This document shows, in pieces, positions 27,711 through 32,000 of a DNA stretch of 32,000 nucleotides. The position numbers and the translations under genes are program-made. The notes beneath the pieces are model-generated. The model was given only the letters and a program-made list of their open reading frames with translations, was not told the origin of the DNA and searched no databases. Origin of the DNA: Wolbachia endosymbiont of Cimex lectularius (GTDB lineage Bacteria > Pseudomonadota > Alphaproteobacteria > Rickettsiales > Anaplasmataceae); the NCBI RefSeq assembly GCF_000829315.1, contig NZ_AP013028.1:1-32000 (forward strand), written 5' to 3'. Each line of letters starts with the position of its first letter. Within the stretch, counting starts at the first letter, position 1.

Positions 27711-28089
27711 TAAAAAATTTACTAAATAGAGAAAAAAGCAAAAGAAACCCCGGTCGGTGGCTAATTATTTATATGTACCTCAAATATCGGCGTTTTTACT
27801 CTCAGCGCTACGATTCAGCTACTTTTAAATGCAAATAACCAAAACTGTAAACATTAAGAAATTTACTAGCGGAAAAAAAGGCAAAAAAACTCTGAGGCAG
27901 CTAGTATTCAAATTCTCCCTTGTCTATTTGACGTTCTATATTGTCTTAAACGACTTATAAGCGCGTTTCAGCTTGTATAGGTAAAAACCAAAAGTTTTAA
28001 AAAGATGTGAGGTGCACAGATTGCGAAGATAAACAAATAGCTTCAATACTATGATAATGGGTTTGGAGGAACTTGTCAAGTAGTTTTTG
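27711..28089 (-). repeat. Dispersed repeat unit R5 with embedded promoter
   Basis: Minus strand: aactacTTGACA-N17-TATCAT (-35 at 28079..28074, -10 at 28056..28051), cctatacaagctgaaacgcgcttataagtcgttt, and ...ccggggtttcttttgcttttttctc. Confidence 0.75.
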
Positions 28090-28277
28090 CATTCAATTTT
28101 CAGCCCCGTCTCTATGGCTTAGATTCCACTTGGATGACATCTTTCTGGCAGGCTCGAATCACAATGTTCTTACGGTTGTGCGCTCTTCCCGAGTATTCTG
28201 CGGTGCTCATCTGCGCTGCTCCTAAAAATTCCTTACCATAATGCAAGAGATCTAGTACAGAATGACGCAAAAATAGC

Positions 28278-28775
28278 TTATTTTGTGTGGCACAAATCGT
28301 GCATTTTTTGATATGCCTTTTGAAAACCAAGTAGAGAATAAGTGTCATCAACGGTTGCTGCTTTTGTTTTTCCATTGACCACCATTGATAATCCTTGCTT
28401 CATCTTGAGAATTAACTCTTGGTCTGTTTTTGTGTGCTCTGCCCATGCGAGACTCCCCTGTATTATGGGCAATGTATATTTGACTTTTTTATCAACATTA
28501 AGAATTACAGGCTCCTTATCGTACTGAAAACCAGAGGTAACGCTGACCTCGTCTGCTTTTTTATCGACATAACTAACCATTACATACGGCTTACGATCAG
28601 TTGTATAATGCTCACTTTTCTTCTTAGGATAAGACACGATGTAGCACACTTTTTCCCCATCTTCTAATGCAGTATACACAAGCCAATCTTTATATTTTTC
28701 TTTCAATTGCACATCACTAACCGATGCAAGAGCACTTACTGAAAAAAATGTTAAAAGTACAAAAAACCTACGCAT
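28278..28775 (-). CDS. Invasion-associated locus B (IalB)-like exported protein
   Basis: Signal peptide MRRFFVLLTFFSVSALA; W-x-Y plus EKVCYIVSYPKK, KPYVMVSYVDKK, AWAEHTKTDQELILKMKQG and TVDDTYSLLGFQKAYQKMHDLC fit the IalB family pattern. The track start is an upstream TTG at 28784. Confidence 0.65.
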   Translation of the reverse strand: MRRFFVLLTFFSVSALASVSDVQLKEKYKDWLVYTALEDGEKVCYIVSYPKKKSEHYTTDRKPYVMVSYVDKKADEVSVTSGFQYDKEPVILNVDKKVKYTLPIIQGSLAWAEHTKTDQELILKMKQGLSMVVNGKTKAATVDDTYSLLGFQKAYQKMHDLCHTK

Positions 28776-29661
28776 GCAAGCCAAATTTTAAACTCTCCGA
28801 TTGTATATGTTGTCTTACCTTACTCATCGCCTGCTCAGCTAGCTGTCTTATTCTTTCTCTTGAAACACCATATTTTTTACTAAGCTCATCTAGAGTTTGA
28901 GTGTTTTCAGACAAATATCTACTGACAAAGATGTCTCTTGACCTTTCGTTAAGGTTTGCCAGCGCATTGTTTAAAATTGTTTCTTTTAATTCTTTCTCTT
29001 CATAATTTTGGTAAGTTATTTCTTGACTAACCGAGTTACATGGAATCATATCTTGTAACTCCTTTTTAGAGTCATCACCTATCTTTATACACTTATTTAG
29101 CGACTGATCCTTACAAGCTAAACGGTAACCCATCTGTACAACATCTCCTTCAGATACAGAAAGTTCATTGGATATTGCTTTTATTTCCTCATTACTTAAA
29201 GTTTCTCTGTTTGTATATCGCAAAATTCTTTTTTTTATTTTACGCAAACTAAAAAATAGCTTTCTTTGCGCCTGTGTTGTGCCTATTTTTACAAACGACC
29301 AAGATTTCAATATAAAGTCTTTTATTGAAGCTTCAATCCACCACACTGCATAAGTTGAAAAGCGAAACCCTAAATCAGGATTAAACTTTTTCACTGCATG
29401 CATTAAACCCATGTTTCCTTCCATGACCAGATCCATAAGCAGCAGCCCATAGTTTTTGAACTTCATTGCAATTTTCACTACCAAATTCAAATGACTGGTA
29501 ATCAACTTATGAGCGGAAGAAATATCTTTATATTGGTGCCAATTTTTTGCTAATCGTACTTCTTCTTCTTGGGAAAGCATAGGAAATTTTCGCACTTCAG
29601 CAATATACTGCGTGAGATTAGTGCTACTGTTAACACATAAGCTTGCTGTTGGGATTAACAT
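28768..29661 (-). CDS. rpoH: RNA polymerase sigma-32 (heat shock) factor
   Basis: 297 aa; HKLITSHLNLVVKIAMKFKNYGLLLMDLVMEGNMGLMHAVKKFNPDLGFRFSTYAVWWIEASIKDFILKSWSFVKIGTTQAQRKLFF; sigma4 LDELSKKYGVSRERIRQLAEQAM. Confidence 0.95.
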   Translation of the reverse strand: MLIPTASLCVNSSTNLTQYIAEVRKFPMLSQEEEVRLAKNWHQYKDISSAHKLITSHLNLVVKIAMKFKNYGLLLMDLVMEGNMGLMHAVKKFNPDLGFRFSTYAVWWIEASIKDFILKSWSFVKIGTTQAQRKLFFSLRKIKKRILRYTNRETLSNEEIKAISNELSVSEGDVVQMGYRLACKDQSLNKCIKIGDDSKKELQDMIPCNSVSQEITYQNYEEKELKETILNNALANLNERSRDIFVSRYLSENTQTLDELSKKYGVSRERIRQLAEQAMSKVRQHIQSESLKFGLHA

Positions 29662-29932
29662 AACAACTTAAATTAAAACTCCATACATATAATATATTGA
29701 TTTTCCAGCAAAAATTCAAGATTTAATTTAAAAAAGTACGTATATCTCTGCAGCCAACTAGGGCCTCAAATGTCTTAGCACTGGCTGCCAGCATATAACT
29801 CCATAAACTAAAGTAGCCTACATATGTCATTCCAGTGCTGAAAAACACTGGAATCCACATTTTTTTTCTAGGTCCCAGCATCAGTTACTTGAATGACAAA
29901 ACTGGGACAACAAGAAGAGCTGCTAAGATTGA

Positions 29933-30628
29933 CTAGAAGTTAAATGCCACTCCAGCTTCTGCACCAATAGTGCTGTAAAGGACTTTGTATACGCCTTCAT
30001 CAGTAACCTTTTTGGTTGTATCGCCAGGATGTGCAGGATCTTGTTTTTGCCCATCAAAGCTAGCGCCATAAGAGCCGAAATAGCGAGCACCAGCGTAAAG
30101 CTTGATTTCTGGAGTTACATCATAGCTAACACCAGCTTTTGCTTGGTAAGCAAAACCAAATCCATGTTTTTTATCTCCCACAGGGCTCTTTAAAGGGTTG
30201 CTGAGATATGCTGCACCAACACCAATGCCAACATACGGAGTAATAGGCATATCCTCAATTGCTACATCATAATACACATTAACTAGCCCTGACATTACTG
30301 ATAAATTATCTGCAAATGGATTAACTGTATCTTTGTTGTTGTTGAGTTGTGAGTAAAGCGCTTCAACATCAACTCTAATGTCATCCATTTTGTAACCAAA
30401 TGCACCACCGCCAGCCATAAAAGAAGCTTTGAAAGGATCAACTTTGTCAGGATTCGGTATACCACTAACTTCTGTTTTAAAAGGTGAAAATTCACCATTG
30501 TACTGCAGGCGAATGTAGTAGCTAGTTTCTTCATCAGCTATTGGACCAACAGGATCTGAGAAAGCAGCGTTTGATAAACTTAGCAACGTCACTAAAGCGG
30601 TTGCTGAAAAAAACTTTTTATAATGCAT
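29933..30628 (-). CDS. wsp: Wolbachia surface protein WSP
   Basis: 231 aa; MHYKKFFSATALVTLLSLSNAAFSDPVGPIADEETSYYIRLQYNGEFSPF... and C-terminal KVLYSTIGAEAGVAFNF are characteristic of WSP. Confidence 0.98.
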   Translation of the reverse strand: MHYKKFFSATALVTLLSLSNAAFSDPVGPIADEETSYYIRLQYNGEFSPFKTEVSGIPNPDKVDPFKASFMAGGGAFGYKMDDIRVDVEALYSQLNNNKDTVNPFADNLSVMSGLVNVYYDVAIEDMPITPYVGIGVGAAYLSNPLKSPVGDKKHGFGFAYQAKAGVSYDVTPEIKLYAGARYFGSYGASFDGQKQDPAHPGDTTKKVTDEGVYKVLYSTIGAEAGVAFNF

Positions 30629-30962
30629 AATTACCCTCGTTAAAAAAAAAATTAAAATTCCACTTTAGCAATTTAAGTAAAAACTAAAGTTAAGTCAAGT
30701 ACTAACTTAATAACATAAAATATTTGACATTTAAACCAATTTTTAAGGGTAAGGTAAAAATTTTATTAATAAAAAGACAATTATATAACTTTTTACCTTT
30801 AATTTTTTGGTATTTTCTCACTGACTCTAGTATTTCTTTGCTTTCTGCATACCATCTTCGCTGCTGCGATTTCTTTCATCTTTGCATGACGTTTCGGGTA
30901 CAGTATATGAAATAATGCTAGTACCAGAGATACAGAAACCTAGTTAGCGATACAGAGAACTT

Positions 30963-31295
30963 TTAAAAGGGAAGTTTAAACCCAGGTGGTAACCCCATCA
31001 TACCTGCAAGATCAGAGGTTGCATTTGCCATGTCTTCCTCTGCCTTTTTAATGGCATCGTTGAATGCTGCCGTTACTAAATCTTCTACTATATCTTTCTC
31101 CTCGTTTCTCATAAGCTCTAAGTCTATGCTTACTTTCTTAGCTTTGTAACTACCTATTTTTACAACTTCCACCAACACAGAAACTTTGCCACCCCCGGAA
31201 ATACCTTGAAACTCTTTCCCAATGTACTTCTCTTGAGCTTCTGCAAGCTTTTTTTGCATCTCTTGTGCTTGCTTCGTTATTTGACTAAAATCCAT
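30963..31295 (-). CDS. ebfC: YbaB/EbfC family nucleoid-associated protein
   Basis: 110 aa; MDFSQITKQAQEMQKKLAEAQEK...GGGKVSVLVEV...EDLVTAAFNDAIKKAEE...MAGMMGLPPGFKLPF. Confidence 0.92.
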   Translation of the reverse strand: MDFSQITKQAQEMQKKLAEAQEKYIGKEFQGISGGGKVSVLVEVVKIGSYKAKKVSIDLELMRNEEKDIVEDLVTAAFNDAIKKAEEDMANATSDLAGMMGLPPGFKLPF

Positions 31296-31298
31296 AAC

Positions 31299-32000
31299 CT
31301 ACTCCTTATTCTCTATATTAACTACCTTTGCACCCTTAAATGTATCAAGTATATTCCTGACTACAGGTGCGTAATTTAAATTACTTACTTCCCTGCTCAT
31401 ATAGCCTGCATCAACTGTGACAACCCATTCTTGCCGAGTCACTTGATTTAAGTAATTTTTCAAGTCATTACAAAAACTGTTGTCCAGCCGAGATACGGCT
31501 CTTAATTTTAAATACCCAGGTTTGCAATCCACTAATTGTAGATTACTACATAGCTGTTTGTAAAGATAAATTTGGTTATTCTGTCGTAATAGTTGCAGAA
31601 TTTTATCAAAATCGTAATTTTTTTGCTGTGCACTCTCTGCGTCACGCATATTCCTTTGCTGGGTATTCTGCGTAAGAACTTTTTTGACTACTTGCTCAGG
31701 GGAAGGTAAATCAGAAAGATAACAGAGGCTAATTAACATCATTTCAGCAGCAATATCGTTACATGTTGAAGTTTTTATATCCTGAACTCCCTTGAGCAAC
31801 ATCTTCCACAATCTCGAAAAAAATATTAAAGACTTCTTTGCACTTAAGTCTTTTATCCTGTTCTTTTCACATTCTATAACTGAACTATCGATTTCTTTTG
31901 TGATCAAATAACGGCATATTAATTGGATTGTTTGCAATAGACCCTCGAAGACACTGAGTGGGTTTGCTGTCTTTATTGCCTTGTCGAATACTGACAGAGC
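31299..32000 (-). CDS. dnaX: DNA polymerase III subunit gamma/tau, C-terminal part (start outside the window)
   Basis: The frame stays open to the window edge (ALSVFDKAIKTANPLSVFEGLLQTIQLICRYL...LWKMLLKGVQDIKTS...AAEMMLISLCYLSDLPSPE), resembling DnaX domain III. It lies 3 nt upstream of ebfC, the common dnaX-ybaB arrangement. Confidence 0.75.
   Translation of the reverse strand, partial: ALSVFDKAIKTANPLSVFEGLLQTIQLICRYLITKEIDSSVIECEKNRIKDLSAKKSLIFFSRLWKMLLKGVQDIKTSTCNDIAAEMMLISLCYLSDLPSPEQVVKKVLTQNTQQRNMRDAESAQQKNYDFDKILQLLRQNNQIYLYKQLCSNLQLVDCKPGYLKLRAVSRLDNSFCNDLKNYLNQVTRQEWVVTVDAGYMSREVSNLNYAPVVRNILDTFKGAKVVNIENKE

Noticed and set aside
28112-28375. 87-aa minus-strand ORF
   Set aside because: It overlaps repeat-like spacer and the IalB-like gene end and has no recognisable domain.

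Overview
The gene content and order identify this as a Wolbachia (Rickettsiales) chromosomal segment. It holds dnaA, a secreted metallophosphoesterase, tRNA-Leu(GAG), and ribA followed by a virB8-virB9-virB10-virB11-virD4 type IV secretion cluster and a frameshifted wspB. After these come cckA (minus strand), hemF, an apparently truncated nhaC-type antiporter, acnA (minus), a J-domain/ankyrin fusion protein, and recG. The remaining genes, all minus strand, are an IalB-like protein, rpoH, wsp, ebfC (YbaB) and the 3' part of dnaX. Two 860-bp IS5-family elements sit in inverted orientation, each needing a frameshift at an A8 tract. Most of the genes are ordinary for the genus. Two things deserve priority. 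The first is a dispersed intergenic repeat family (about 0.15-0.47 kb units) in which four full or near-full units and one short unit carry a sigma70-like promoter (TTGACA-N16/17-TATAAT-like) and a conserved GGG(T/C)TTCTTTTG(N)CTTT tail, so it may be a multicopy noncoding transcript family. The second is the J-domain + ankyrin + hydrophobic C-terminus protein, a candidate host-directed effector. I see no CRISPR array and no evidence for a complete new defence or toxin system.
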